From the sequence record PV654397.1: a DNA stretch of 64,000 nt; one strand, 5' to 3'. Within the stretch, counting starts at the first letter, position 1. The number at the start of each line of letters is the position of its first letter. The notes below the pieces were generated by a model. It was not told the DNA's origin, searched no databases, and saw only the letters and a program-made list of their open reading frames with translations. This document shows, piece after piece, positions 27,627-43,438 of the stretch. Position numbers and translations under genes: made by a program.

Positions 27627-27933
27627 TTTTGATTTGCTCCTGCAATTTGTTTACAGTGTTAGATAATTTGGTTACCTGATTTTCTAACATTGTACACTTT
27701 TGTTTGGTCTTTGACAACTCTTGACTTAGACCAAAGAATCTTTCCTCATGTCTTTCAACCATACTGATAATTTTTTCTACACGAACAGGATCGTGCACCT
27801 GAAAGGTTTTACCATCAAGTGTAATTTCAGTTATAGAACCCTGTCTAAGCAATGATAAAGATTTAGATTTATCTGCTTTAGGCACAGGTACATACCCTTC
27901 TGGTATTTTATTATATATACTTTTTCCATTCAT
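27604..27933 (-). CDS. Hypothetical coiled-coil protein
   Basis: 109 aa. Confidence 0.6.
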   Translation of the reverse strand: MNGKSIYNKIPEGYVPVPKADKSKSLSLLRQGSITEITLDGKTFQVHDPVRVEKIISMVERHEERFFGLSQELSKTKQKCTMLENQVTKLSNTVNKLQEQIKNAGFDKF

Positions 27934-28640
27934 AATCCAGCCTCACGTAGCATACTTTTTATTTCATCACATTCCTTTTTGTACTTTATAGTTTTAACCT
28001 CAAAGTAACTAGGATCAATGTATTTAAGTATATACTCGATTTCAGAGTTAGAGAGATTCTTGAAAAACTTATTAGTACTTTCTTTTGGTGCTAACCAGAT
28101 AATCCAAGGTGAAATCTTACCACTCTCAATCCATGCAATTGCACGGGCAGAACTCACATTGGAAAAAAACTTATTCCACTCCAAGTTCAGATTCTGACCC
28201 CATTCCACCATCGCAACAACACTACGGGAAACCGCAGCATTGGGAGATTCAGAACGAATACAATCTAATATCCATTCATCCTTTGCTTTATAAGTACTCC
28301 ATTCCATAATAGGACGGTTTCTTACAATTAGACTTTTCACAAAACCATCAATATCTAAAATATCACGGTTGTTCAAATAATAAATTGCAAAATCATAAAA
28401 ATCACTAAAGTACTTTGATTTTATAAAAGCCATTAATGGTTCAACTCCCTTCTTGAAAGGGAAATGGTTTAACTCCATGAATTGCATATAAATGCGAAAA
28501 GCCTCCCTCATGGGGCGGCTATCACGATCTTCGTAGCGGTCACGTTTAACACACTTATGTGTGTTAACTGTGTCTTCGCGTTTAAATTCTTTATCACAGA
28601 ACTTACATTTGTATACGGGACTACTTGATTTCTTTGCCAT
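27930..28640 (-). CDS. Hypothetical protein with N-terminal zinc finger
   Basis: YKCKFCDKEFKREDTVNTHKC. Confidence 0.65.
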   Translation of the reverse strand: MAKKSSSPVYKCKFCDKEFKREDTVNTHKCVKRDRYEDRDSRPMREAFRIYMQFMELNHFPFKKGVEPLMAFIKSKYFSDFYDFAIYYLNNRDILDIDGFVKSLIVRNRPIMEWSTYKAKDEWILDCIRSESPNAAVSRSVVAMVEWGQNLNLEWNKFFSNVSSARAIAWIESGKISPWIIWLAPKESTNKFFKNLSNSEIEYILKYIDPSYFEVKTIKYKKECDEIKSMLREAGL

Positions 28641-29466
28641 ATTTCTTACATTCTTCTTTAAATAATTTCATCATTGATTTCATTTCTTTCTCTTGTAAAC
28701 CTATGTCTTCAAGGAAAGACTCGAATGTTTTTTTGTTATATTGCAACAAAACAATTTTATATTCATCTTCGTTCATTTGAGTTGCGATTGAATCTGGTTG
28801 TGTACTTTTAATGAGTTCAAATAATTCATTATTAGCACGCTTAAAACTCTTGGAAAAGTTTAACCAGTTTCGTGGCAATTCCTTACCACCCAACATATCA
28901 TGAACAGAACATAGTAGTTGATATACAAGTTCAGGGTGTTCTTTCATATCCCAGAACCCATCATTAACCATATCATTCAACATAATCAACTGATAACGTA
29001 CAACGTCACTGTCAACCAATGAGATGATCTGTCCACCAGCAATGCTAAATTCAGTCATTGCTGCAATCAACTTGTTAGCATCATCATTGCTTTGTACGGC
29101 AAACTTGATACGCCAATCATAGTCACTGTGACAGTACTTAGTAACTGATGTTACATTAACACCAGTACTATTGAGTTCTTTGACAAGTTCAGTTAGTGCT
29201 TCTTTACCACCAGCTTTCCACTTACCAAATACGTTTTCCACTTTACTACTAGGGAAAGTCACTTGAAGTGAGTCATCAAGTGAACTTACCCAACGAAGTA
29301 CAGTATAAGGCGTAAATTCCTTACGCTCATCTTCGGTCATGTCATTATAGTATTTGTAATCTGCACGGTCAATATGTTTTAGAAATTCAGCAATAGAAAA
29401 TGTATGCTGGGTTGGTTTATCGTTTTCGTCTACTGACTTAGCTTTAATATTACTGAAATCTAACAC
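28621..29466 (-). CDS. Putative clamp loader small subunit (gp62-like) with insertion
   Basis: FSIAEFLKHID..FTPYTVLRWVS pattern; replication cluster context. Confidence 0.45.
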   Translation of the reverse strand: MLDFSNIKAKSVDENDKPTQHTFSIAEFLKHIDRADYKYYNDMTEDERKEFTPYTVLRWVSSLDDSLQVTFPSSKVENVFGKWKAGGKEALTELVKELNSTGVNVTSVTKYCHSDYDWRIKFAVQSNDDANKLIAAMTEFSIAGGQIISLVDSDVVRYQLIMLNDMVNDGFWDMKEHPELVYQLLCSVHDMLGGKELPRNWLNFSKSFKRANNELFELIKSTQPDSIATQMNEDEYKIVLLQYNKKTFESFLEDIGLQEKEMKSMMKLFKEECKKYGKEIK

Positions 29467-29468
29467 TA

Positions 29469-29966
29469 TTACACTCCTAGATACAAATCTTGAATTTTCT
29501 CGTTCTCATCTGCAAAGTAAACACAAGGTGGATTATCACCACTGTGCAGAGGAACACATAGTAAGTTCTTCTTAGGCAGCATAGGGATCTGCCACTTAGT
29601 AGTGAGTGCGAATACACGCAGTACTTTTACAGGTTCGAACTTAGGATACATCGAACGGATTGGATTGTAAACAAAAGCTTTAGGTTCTTTCATATTAAGA
29701 ATGTTTTCAATGGTACACATCTCAACCATACCTGTCTCTTCATCACCCAACATGATTTGCCAACCCAATGGTACTTGGATAATCTTTTCACCAATCTGCA
29801 AATCAGCACTGATACTATTAAATGATACAGTGTTCAAAATGTGGCGAAAATAAAAGTCAGAGTCACCATTTGGACTCAAATCTAAAACACAATACATTTC
29901 TGATGGAATGTGTTCAGTTACTAAATCCATATCAAATGAATTATTTTCTGGGGTTAATACGTTCAT
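29469..29966 (-). CDS. Hypothetical protein
   Basis: 165 aa ORF. Confidence 0.65.
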   Translation of the reverse strand: MNVLTPENNSFDMDLVTEHIPSEMYCVLDLSPNGDSDFYFRHILNTVSFNSISADLQIGEKIIQVPLGWQIMLGDEETGMVEMCTIENILNMKEPKAFVYNPIRSMYPKFEPVKVLRVFALTTKWQIPMLPKKNLLCVPLHSGDNPPCVYFADENEKIQDLYLGV

Positions 29967-29975
29967 CTCATCTCC

Positions 29976-30404
29976 TTAGTACTGGGAATCTTCATCTTCA
30001 TCGTAGTAATCTTCTTCATCTTCATCGGATGTACCATAGAATTCAAGACCATACGTTTCACACATTTCTTGAATCTTATCAACATCGGTATCTAAGTAAG
30101 AATCAAAATTACCACTAAGACTAACAACATCAATAAACGTTGTAGTATCAGTACTTGCATAGATGATATCATATTTTAATGATTCAACTTTCGAGTCAAT
30201 TCTGGTTTGCAATTCATAGATATTAATCCATGAATTAGTGTCAATATTACATCTCCAAACATTAGTATCGTCAGTTTCTAGTTCAGGTATATAGTCAAGT
30301 GAAGATACCATGTCATCCATAATACCATCATCATTCAACAATACATCAATTACATCTAACGTTTCTTGGTCACAGATAAAAGCAATACTAGATCTTAATT
30401 CCAT
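29976..30404 (-). CDS. Hypothetical acidic protein
   Basis: 142 aa ORF. Confidence 0.6.
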   Translation of the reverse strand: MELRSSIAFICDQETLDVIDVLLNDDGIMDDMVSSLDYIPELETDDTNVWRCNIDTNSWINIYELQTRIDSKVESLKYDIIYASTDTTTFIDVVSLSGNFDSYLDTDVDKIQEMCETYGLEFYGTSDEDEEDYYDEDEDSQY

Positions 30405-30439
30405 TTTTATTTTACTTCCTTGTTGTTGTCATACGACAC

Positions 30440-30473
30440 ATTATATCATGTACAGCGGGATTATCCCGCTGTA
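30440..30473 (-). promoter_or_regulatory. Hairpin over the uvsW stop codon, overlapping a CGGGAT-N17-TATAAT promoter variant
   Basis: TACAGCGGGA-tta-TCCCGCTGTA; TG-a-TATAAT at 30440-48. Confidence 0.5.
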
Positions 30474-31945
30474 TTTTCCCAATCCTTAACATCTATAATA
30501 CTATGAGGATATTGTGCTTCCTTATAGTATTGTAAACGTTCACGTAAGTGTTTTGCACTATATTTGTTTGTACCACTGATATCAAAGATTTCCACGTGGT
30601 CTTTGTCTTCTGCACGACGCAACCCACGACCAATGGACTGTATTGTACGAACGAAGCTTTTTCCTGGTTCGATTAGAACGACATTATACAAACGAGAAAT
30701 ACTGATACCAGTACTTGCTACCCCATAGGTTGCAATGAGTATTTTGTTATCAGCCCAGCGAATTTCACCATATGAAGATTCACGGTCTTTCTTTTTGGTT
30801 TCCCCACGAACAAATTCTGACTTAGGAATACCCAAAAATTCACAAAGCAATTCACCAGCTTCAAGTCTATCAACCAGTACTAAAGTGTTTCCAGATTCTG
30901 CTAACGCACCTATCAGTGATGCTACATATGCCATTCTATCACGGTCAGTAACTAAGTACTTCAATTCTTCTGCATATGACGCGAACTTTAAATTACTTTT
31001 AAGTTTAATACAGTTCACATTACATGTGCTTAGTATTTTTTTATCTTGTAATTCTTTAGCTGTGATTTTAAATATCACATCACCAACGTTACATTTAATC
31101 TTCGCAGCGACAACTTGGTCTTTAGGGATTGTACCAGTTAATCCCCAGCGAAGTGGGACGTTATTCATAACTTTAGAGAGTACTTGAACTAATGCATCAC
31201 CACCAGCACCTTGACACTCATCGACAATCACACAAACCACACCATCAATAAAGTCATGAACGTCTTGTTCAGTCAGTTCAATTTCACCTTTCTTTGTTTT
31301 CTTCCACAAAGAGTTGAATGACTGCCAGGTAGTGATTGTGTGTTGGTGACCAAAGTCTTTCTGTGCACCATAGAACACTCCAGTGTCAAGACCACACATA
31401 ACATAGTCATCATATGTTTGCTGCACCAAATCAGTACTAGGTACGATAATCACAGAACGTCCATACTCTTGTACCTTCTTGGATAATGCCGCTGTGATGA
31501 GCGTTTTACCAGCCCCTGTAGCTGCTAATAATAAACCATGTGGGTTTGCAAGGCAAGCATTAACTGCGTTCACCTGATGCTCTCTGAGCTTGATTGACTT
31601 ACCTTCCATGTGGTGTCCAGCACCAAACACAACATCACTAAAAATATCTTCATCAATTGGTTCAAAATTGAATCCGTAATTGACACGATGATCTTCAAGT
31701 TCAATATCAATTTTTGCTTCATCTAAGATTGGCAACAACTTATCCAACATGTGGTAGTAAGTACTGCCACCTAAGTTCATGAACTGTACCTTACCATCCC
31801 AACGACCAATACGACCAGCAGGGGTGAACTTGGCGTATGGAAGTACATATTCTGTTGCACGAATCATCTTCTGACGAATTGAGGGATCTAGTCCCTCAAA
31901 TTTACAATTAACCTCGTCCAGTAAGGTTAGCTTACAAGTTTTCAT
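30461..31945 (-). CDS. uvsW: UvsW-like SF2 DNA helicase
   Basis: WDGKV, AATGAGKT, IVDECQ, GLTGT, TGISI, QSIGRGLR. Confidence 0.92.
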   Translation of the reverse strand: MKTCKLTLLDEVNCKFEGLDPSIRQKMIRATEYVLPYAKFTPAGRIGRWDGKVQFMNLGGSTYYHMLDKLLPILDEAKIDIELEDHRVNYGFNFEPIDEDIFSDVVFGAGHHMEGKSIKLREHQVNAVNACLANPHGLLLAATGAGKTLITAALSKKVQEYGRSVIIVPSTDLVQQTYDDYVMCGLDTGVFYGAQKDFGHQHTITTWQSFNSLWKKTKKGEIELTEQDVHDFIDGVVCVIVDECQGAGGDALVQVLSKVMNNVPLRWGLTGTIPKDQVVAAKIKCNVGDVIFKITAKELQDKKILSTCNVNCIKLKSNLKFASYAEELKYLVTDRDRMAYVASLIGALAESGNTLVLVDRLEAGELLCEFLGIPKSEFVRGETKKKDRESSYGEIRWADNKILIATYGVASTGISISRLYNVVLIEPGKSFVRTIQSIGRGLRRAEDKDHVEIFDISGTNKYSAKHLRERLQYYKEAQYPHSIIDVKDWENTAG

Positions 31946-31960
31946 CCATGAATACCTTTA

Positions 31961-32779
31961 TTAATTAGTTCGAGTATTATATTCGTACTCAAATGTATAT
32001 ACTAAATCTTTATCACAGTTTGGGTTACTTGCATCAAGGATATCACTATTAGTAATCATCCATTCAATATAGTTCAATGGAACAGTTTCCATTGGTTCAC
32101 CTTTGTGTTTACCGAATGGCATGAATTTATAACGCATTGGTGTATTACAGAATGTTACTATTTGTTCACCAATGTCACCATTAGGGTCAATATGACCACG
32201 TTCAATAGCAACTTCAATCAATTTGATTAGAACTTGGTAACACATGAATACGTCATCTTTTGCTGCGTGAGCATTCACTGCACGATGTACGTCACGATAG
32301 CAACCAAATTTATACCACAAATAACTTAGAGTTAAGTTTTTGAATTCAGTGTCTTCTGCAAACATCTTCTTAGCTAAACGAAGAGTACAAATCCATTTAT
32401 CTTCATCGAGCAAGTACTGCGAAACTGAGTTACGATATTTATATTCGTTATCTACCATCATTCGGCGGTCAAATTGAACGTTGTGTCCAATAAAATAATC
32501 ACGACAGCCCATGAGTGCGTCGATGTTTTCTAAGTCATCTTTATAACCAATGCAGTTTGCTACATCTTCAGTACTGATGAAATGAACTGCACTTGCTTCT
32601 GGTGGTATATCTTTTAGTGGTTTGTAACGTAAAGTATAGTTATCAATGGTATCAATATTCTCATGAGCATTATGAGGATATGAAATACTAAATTCAATAA
32701 TATCATCTTCACTTTCGACACCAGTTGTTTCGGTGTCTAGTACTGATACGTTTGATAGGAACTCATCTAATTTTGTCAT
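31961..32779 (-). CDS. DEDDh 3'-5' exonuclease (ExoX/epsilon-like) with C-terminal MPFGKHKG domain
   Basis: LDTETTG, GHNVQFD, HAAKDDV. Confidence 0.88.
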   Translation of the reverse strand: MTKLDEFLSNVSVLDTETTGVESEDDIIEFSISYPHNAHENIDTIDNYTLRYKPLKDIPPEASAVHFISTEDVANCIGYKDDLENIDALMGCRDYFIGHNVQFDRRMMVDNEYKYRNSVSQYLLDEDKWICTLRLAKKMFAEDTEFKNLTLSYLWYKFGCYRDVHRAVNAHAAKDDVFMCYQVLIKLIEVAIERGHIDPNGDIGEQIVTFCNTPMRYKFMPFGKHKGEPMETVPLNYIEWMITNSDILDASNPNCDKDLVYTFEYEYNTRTN

Positions 32780-32797
32780 TTTATTCTCGCATAGAAA

Positions 32798-32818
32798 AAG
32801 GACGCGTAATGCGTCCTT
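32798..32818 (-). terminator. Terminator after uvsY
   Basis: AAGGACGC/GCGTCCTT followed by a T-run on the minus strand. Confidence 0.7.
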
Positions 32819-32826
32819 ATGGATAG

Positions 32827-33288
32827 TTATTCTAAACGTGCATCTTCAATACCAGCAGCACGTAGTCTCACAATATTGTTTAACTGAAAAGCTTTCATCT
32901 CTAAGGATTTAACAATACTGGAAAACGTATTACGGATATATGATACTTCATTTATTAGTTCGGATAATTCACAAACTTCTTTATCACCTTCAACATACTT
33001 TTTACAGTCAGAAGATGATAGTGCTCGACGATATGCTTCAAGGAAATATTTAAACTTTTCAGCTTGTAGTTGACGCATTTCAATTTCTAGCATTTCAAGT
33101 ACCGCTTCTAGTTCTTGAAGCTGACTGAGACGAGTCTCATGCCAGCCTGGAATCTCCTGAGCAATCTTTTCAATGATGCCAATCTTTTTAACTTCACGAC
33201 GAGCTTCTTCAGTTTCTTTTTCGAAGTGTTCAATCATGTCGATTATTTTAGATTTATCATCTTTGATGATCCAATGCCAAGGTTTCAT
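32827..33288 (-). CDS. uvsY: UvsY-like recombination mediator
   Basis: Helical 153 aa next to uvsX; KKYVEGD..KAFQLNNIVRLRAAG. Confidence 0.75.
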   Translation of the reverse strand: MKPWHWIIKDDKSKIIDMIEHFEKETEEARREVKKIGIIEKIAQEIPGWHETRLSQLQELEAVLEMLEIEMRQLQAEKFKYFLEAYRRALSSSDCKKYVEGDKEVCELSELINEVSYIRNTFSSIVKSLEMKAFQLNNIVRLRAAGIEDARLE

Positions 33289-34406
33289 TATTCCTCACTA
33301 CTTCCAATATCAGTACCAAATGATTCATCACCTTTTTCTTCTTCTTTGACTTCTTCAATCAAAGGGTGACGTTTGAATTGATTCATAACTAAATCAAGGC
33401 AAGAATCTTCATTACGCATCCATTCTTTACGATATTTTAGAATCTGTTCACCAGTGTCAATATCAACGTACATTAGACGGTTACCAGATTTAACGATAAG
33501 TTCATATTTCTCGAACATATCTAGTAGACCACTGCGTGGGTCCATACCTTTATCCCAAGGAATTTTAATCTCAACATCTTCAAATGGTTTGTTGTAACGA
33601 GTCTTCATGACTTTACATTTAGAACGAATACCACTTACATCTGAAGTCTTGTTGCCTTCTTCATCTTCTTTAAGTTTTAGTTTACCCATTGCGATAACCA
33701 TAGAAGATGCATAAATCAAACCACTACCACCAGATACTTTTGGATCAGGGTTGAACATATCTTGGGATTCATAACTATGGTTTACACAAACCATACCAAT
33801 GTTAAGTGAACCAATCGAGTTTACGCAGTTGGTGATGTAAGCTTTAAGCTGTTTAGGTTTGTGACCCATATCACCTTTCAAGTTACCAGCTTTCATCTGG
33901 TCATTAGCAACTTCAGTATTCAACATACCAATTGAGTCGATAATGAATAATACTTTTTGACGTTCTTCTTTAGGAGTATTTTCGTATTCTTTACGATACC
34001 CTTCGATGAACTCATAGGTAAATTTAGCAACATCACCAATCATACCCATGTTTACTTTTAGTAGTTTTTCTTCTGAAGTGTCTACACCTAGTGCTTGTAG
34101 CCAATCTGAATCCAATGCGTTCTCGGAATCAATCATAACAACAAAGATACCTTGTTGTTGTGCTTCACGGGCGATGTTTCCAGAAACGATAAATGATTTA
34201 CCAGAACCAGATTCACCAGCAAACATTGTTACTTTACCTAGTGGAATACCACGGTCAAAATATCCACTAATACGATAGTTCAAAGCAAAGTTACCAGTAC
34301 TAATCCATGTATCAGGATCATGAAAGCCTACGCTAACACCAGTATTCTTTTTAACGCTACCAGTACTATTTTTTAGAATGTTTGCAAAACCACTTGTCAT
34401 TTTCAT
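33288..34406 (-). CDS. uvsX: UvsX/RecA-like recombinase
   Basis: ISTGNFALN, FAGESGSGKS, IDSENALD, IIDSIGML, VSGGSG. Confidence 0.93.
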   Translation of the reverse strand: MKMTSGFANILKNSTGSVKKNTGVSVGFHDPDTWISTGNFALNYRISGYFDRGIPLGKVTMFAGESGSGKSFIVSGNIAREAQQQGIFVVMIDSENALDSDWLQALGVDTSEEKLLKVNMGMIGDVAKFTYEFIEGYRKEYENTPKEERQKVLFIIDSIGMLNTEVANDQMKAGNLKGDMGHKPKQLKAYITNCVNSIGSLNIGMVCVNHSYESQDMFNPDPKVSGGSGLIYASSMVIAMGKLKLKEDEEGNKTSDVSGIRSKCKVMKTRYNKPFEDVEIKIPWDKGMDPRSGLLDMFEKYELIVKSGNRLMYVDIDTGEQILKYRKEWMRNEDSCLDLVMNQFKRHPLIEEVKEEEKGDESFGTDIGSSEE

Positions 34407-34437
34407 AATTCGCTCCTTGAATTTTATGAAATAAAAC

Positions 34438-34457
34438 GGGGCAAACTCCGTTGCCCC
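34438..34457 (-). terminator. Terminator after the ssb gene
   Basis: GGGGCAA/TTGCCCC then TTTTATTT on the minus strand. Confidence 0.65.
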
Positions 34458-34475
34458 TTAACTTTTCAAATACTA

Positions 34476-35525
34476 TTACTTACCTTGTTGTTTCAAACGA
34501 GCAACTAGTGCAGATGCAGAAAGTTGTTCTTTTGGAGCTTCAGCTACTGGTGCTGGTGCAGCAGCTACTGGTTCAGCAGCAGGAGTAGGAGTAGCTACTG
34601 GTGCTTGCGGTGCAGGAGTTTGTGCAGGAGCAGGTTGTTGTACTGGAGCTTGTGGAGCAGGTTTGTTTTCACTAATAGTACCAGTTGTTGGTTTTTGTAC
34701 ACCTGCTGGACGGTAAGCGAAAGCCCAACGTGCAGGGTCATAAGGTTTACCATCAACAGATGCTTCGAACATTTCTTCGATAGCTTTTAGTTCTTCTGGA
34801 GTTGGTTGTTTTGGCATAAAATCATTTAGATTATATAGACCAAACTTTTCAATCGCTGCCAGTTCTTCTTCATTGAGTGGACGCTCGGACATGGAGAATT
34901 GAGACATGTCATAGCTATTGTAACCACCACCATTCTTAGTTTTAACAATACCAAAGTCACGACCGTGAATGTAGTGAGTTGGTAGTTCTTTGATGCCTGG
35001 GTTTAGCAGGATAGATTTAACTTTATCAAAGATATCTTTGTTAGCTAGGATACGACGGATTGGGTTTTCTGGAGCAATATCGTCTTTTACTGCTACGCTA
35101 TCAGGAGCAACGAAACATTGCATTAGATAGGTTTTCTTTTTCCAGTAACGACCAGCCATTGCTTTCAGTTCTTCGTTTCCAGTTTCATTCGCACTTTGGA
35201 ACCATTGACGTACTTCTTTAAGAATTGGACATGATTTAGGAACCCACATTTCGTTACATGGTACTTGAACGGTAACTTTATCGGTGTGCATACCAACAAT
35301 ACCTTGGAACGTTAGGTTGATCATATCACGTTCACGCCAGAAGAATGGGTTAGACTCATCAGCATCTGGTAGAAAACGTAGGTTTAGTGGTTCATTGTAA
35401 GGGACATTCCAGAAAGCTAGGAAAGAATCGGCTTTACGTTCACCTGTAAATGTACCATTCTTCTGTGCTTCTGCTTTTTCTTGTTCAGCTTTTAGTTTTG
35501 CACGAATTTCAGCTAGAGTTTGCAT
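34476..35525 (-). CDS. gp32: Single-stranded DNA-binding protein (T4 gp32-like)
   Basis: LRFLPDAD, CPIL, YWKKKTY, GRDF.I.K, YDMSQF; Pro/Ala-rich tail. Confidence 0.88.
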   Translation of the reverse strand: MQTLAEIRAKLKAEQEKAEAQKNGTFTGERKADSFLAFWNVPYNEPLNLRFLPDADESNPFFWRERDMINLTFQGIVGMHTDKVTVQVPCNEMWVPKSCPILKEVRQWFQSANETGNEELKAMAGRYWKKKTYLMQCFVAPDSVAVKDDIAPENPIRRILANKDIFDKVKSILLNPGIKELPTHYIHGRDFGIVKTKNGGGYNSYDMSQFSMSERPLNEEELAAIEKFGLYNLNDFMPKQPTPEELKAIEEMFEASVDGKPYDPARWAFAYRPAGVQKPTTGTISENKPAPQAPVQQPAPAQTPAPQAPVATPTPAAEPVAAAPAPVAEAPKEQLSASALVARLKQQGK

Positions 35526-35612
35526 ATTGGGCTTCCTTGTCATTAGTTTGTTTGTTAAGTTTTAACGGGCTATTAACGTTGATTTGTCTTCGTTGACTCA
35601 TCAACAATTTAC

Positions 35613-40945
<5,333 letters not shown>

Positions 40946-41014
40946 GATTTGATAAATAATATCATAGAGATCAGGGAATATTGCCTTAAATTTAAATGTG
41001 GTTTATATTTTTTG

Positions 41015-41021
41015 ATAAATA
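41015..41021 (+). promoter_or_regulatory. Late promoter ATAAATA (second copy at 40952-58)
   Basis: Upstream of ATG 41068. Confidence 0.65.
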
Positions 41022-41067
41022 ATATTAAGCAGGGTGTTCCTGCACAAAATTTGACAAGGAGATTTTT

Positions 41068-41667
41068 ATGAGTCTTAATTCTTTTAACCGTAACTATGGT
41101 ATGTCTGCTACTGCTCGTGAATACTGGGGTGGTAACAATGGTTTCGTAACCATCGTTGTTGATCTACCAGCAGATGTTGAAGTTGGTACTACCGCTGTTA
41201 CTTCTGACGGTTCCGAAATTCAAGATGAAGCACTACAAACTGCAATCAGCAATGCTCAATACAACCAATTCATGATTACCCAACTACTACAACAACGTGC
41301 AGTACTAGTTACTACTTCCGTACTAGCTCTAGACACCGCTGTTGTTATCCCTGCTGACTTTAAAACCGTTGGTGGTAACGTAATCGCGTTTGGTACTAGT
41401 GGTGCTGATGTTACAGGTGGTGCTGGTTCTGTTGCTCTAACCTTCATCTGTGAACGTCAAGACGTATTTGACAAACAAGAAGTTCGCCCAGGTGCTGCTT
41501 ACTCTGTTCCAGTTGATCCAACTGTTGAACTAGCTAAAGCTATTGCACAAGCTAAATTCTTCCGTACCAAATCTTATGTTGCTCTAGGTACTGATGGTGT
41601 TGGTGATGCTGCTGCCGCTGACGCTGTTGCAATTAAAGTTCGTGCTGCTCTACCAGTACAACTATAA
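41068..41667 (+). CDS. Abundant virion protein (possible capsid decoration), paralog A
   Basis: Strong codon bias, AGGAGA RBS; QQRAV and ERxxVFDK motifs shared with the next gene. Confidence 0.7.
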   Translation: MSLNSFNRNYGMSATAREYWGGNNGFVTIVVDLPADVEVGTTAVTSDGSEIQDEALQTAISNAQYNQFMITQLLQQRAVLVTTSVLALDTAVVIPADFKTVGGNVIAFGTSGADVTGGAGSVALTFICERQDVFDKQEVRPGAAYSVPVDPTVELAKAIAQAKFFRTKSYVALGTDGVGDAAAADAVAIKVRAALPVQL

Positions 41668-41682
41668 TAGGGGGACTACAAT

Positions 41683-42372
41683 ATGTCTAATACTAATACT
41701 TCTTTTGAACGTATCAATGGTTATTCCTTTGATAAAATTCTAGGTTACTTCTGTGGCAAAAACGCCCTAGCATCTATCGCAATTAGTAAAATTGGTAATG
41801 TTAACGTGCGTGTTACTGGTGCAGTTGGTTCTTTCGCTGGTCTACAACGTTTCCTAAACACTGACGTAGCTGATGAAATCGTTGCATATCTAAATGAAAA
41901 AGGTATCATCCGTATCGATGGTACTCCATTTGAAGCAGCAACTCTAGAAGCTGATTATAACGCTGCTTACGCTGCACAAACTAACGTTAAACGTATCGTT
42001 GATGTTGTTCAACAACGTGCAGTTATCATCGCTACTTCCGAAATCGCTGGCAACGACGTTGAGCCATTTGCAGTTACTGGTTTTACCAACGCTGCTGACG
42101 GTATCCTAAGTGTTGGGTCTGTTGATATCGCTAGTGCTTCAGTAGTTACTTTCCTCGTTGAACGTGCTAACGTATTTGATAAAGATATTCAATCTTTCCA
42201 AGGCGTTCCAAGTACTGAGATCGAAGAAGGCCGTCTACTAATTGATGACCTAACCGCAGTTCCACTACTCGCTAAAGATGGTGTTACTGAAGTTGTTCTA
42301 CGTTCCCAAGCTGCTGATGCTGCTGGTGACTTCGGTATCAAACTATTCAAATTCATCCCAGCGATGGTTTAA
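41683..42372 (+). CDS. Abundant virion protein, paralog B
   Basis: QQRAVII, FLVERANVFDK; strong codon bias. Confidence 0.7.
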   Translation: MSNTNTSFERINGYSFDKILGYFCGKNALASIAISKIGNVNVRVTGAVGSFAGLQRFLNTDVADEIVAYLNEKGIIRIDGTPFEAATLEADYNAAYAAQTNVKRIVDVVQQRAVIIATSEIAGNDVEPFAVTGFTNAADGILSVGSVDIASASVVTFLVERANVFDKDIQSFQGVPSTEIEEGRLLIDDLTAVPLLAKDGVTEVVLRSQAADAAGDFGIKLFKFIPAMV

Positions 42373-42391
42373 TAAATTAAAGATAAAAGAA

Positions 42392-42417
42392 AAGGAGAGC
42401 TTTTGCTCTCCTTTTTT
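42392..42417. terminator. Bidirectional terminator
   Basis: AAGGAGAGC-tttt-GCTCTCCTT with flanking A/T runs. Confidence 0.8.
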
Positions 42418-43142
42418 TATTTGTATGAACGGAACCCTTCAGGTAAACCAGGTAGATTCTCTAACCCTTCGTTCGCATTCACTAGCTTTACGTCATAATC
42501 ATCACTGAAATCATCCGTAGCTAGTTTACGCCCCATGTCTCTAACGAAGTTGTCAATAATTTCTTCTTCGTCATTACCTGGATGACCTTCCGCTTTTAAC
42601 TTTTTCCAAAAGTATTCATTATAATCAAAAACAAATTCAACTTCATTTGTTTCTGGATTAAGTACTACATCCAAATCAATCCAAGGTTCTTTACGTAAAG
42701 TAAAGATTTCCTTTGAATACTCTTGTTGTGTAATCTCTTCATAACGATATGCAAACTCGATAGCTTTAAGACGTTTGTCATCACCATCAGGCATTAGTTC
42801 GATTACTTCCATATCATACTCTTTTTGAGTAATTGCACCAGTACTTAATTTAGCATCAAGTAATTTTACATTATACTCATCACGGGTAATCTTGGAATAC
42901 TTCAATTGTACATCTGCCTGTGCTATTAGATAATCAAGAGTTTCTAATACATTGTATTTCTTTTTGATATCCAACTGTGCTACATCAACTTCATATGGTG
43001 TTAGATATGTAAGTTCTGCAACTAACATATCAGCTTCATAATCATCGTTATAGTAGTATGCTTTCGCAATCTCTTTCGCTTTACCAGAAAGTCCCCAATG
43101 AGCGGGGACCATCCAGAAAGGAATAAACCTTTTTTTAGCCAT
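42417..43142 (-). CDS. Hypothetical protein
   Basis: 241 aa from MAKKRFIPFW. Confidence 0.65.
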   Translation of the reverse strand: MAKKRFIPFWMVPAHWGLSGKAKEIAKAYYYNDDYEADMLVAELTYLTPYEVDVAQLDIKKKYNVLETLDYLIAQADVQLKYSKITRDEYNVKLLDAKLSTGAITQKEYDMEVIELMPDGDDKRLKAIEFAYRYEEITQQEYSKEIFTLRKEPWIDLDVVLNPETNEVEFVFDYNEYFWKKLKAEGHPGNDEEEIIDNFVRDMGRKLATDDFSDDYDVKLVNANEGLENLPGLPEGFRSYK

Positions 43143-43437
43143 TTGATTTCTTACCAAAAATTTCTTCAATTTTCATCACATAATATGTGTCTTCACCACC
43201 ACCAAGATCTTCAGTGATAGGAGTGTTTAGTGATGAGCGACCGAATACAACCATATCACCAACACAAATATTATGTTCTGCAATTTGCCCATTAGGTAGT
43301 ACTTTACCTTCACCAACTGAAATCACCATACCAACACATGGTGGTTCAACGTTTCCTAGGATAATACCACCAGTACTTTTATTCTGTGCTTCAATTTGAC
43401 GAACCAGTACATAATCGTTAATCATTTTAATTTTCAT
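43135..43437 (-). CDS. groES: Co-chaperonin GroES-like
   Basis: DYVLVRQ..STGGIILG..VISVGEG..VGDMVVF..MKIEEIFG. Confidence 0.88.
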   Translation of the reverse strand: MKIKMINDYVLVRQIEAQNKSTGGIILGNVEPPCVGMVISVGEGKVLPNGQIAEHNICVGDMVVFGRSSLNTPITEDLGGGEDTYYVMKIEEIFGKKSNG

Positions 43438-43438
43438 A

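Noticed and set aside
34500-34700. PAPQAP-type repeats as a DNA repeat array or CRISPR
   Set aside because: Low-complexity Pro/Ala linker in the gp32 tail; no spacer structure. I saw no CRISPR array in the window.
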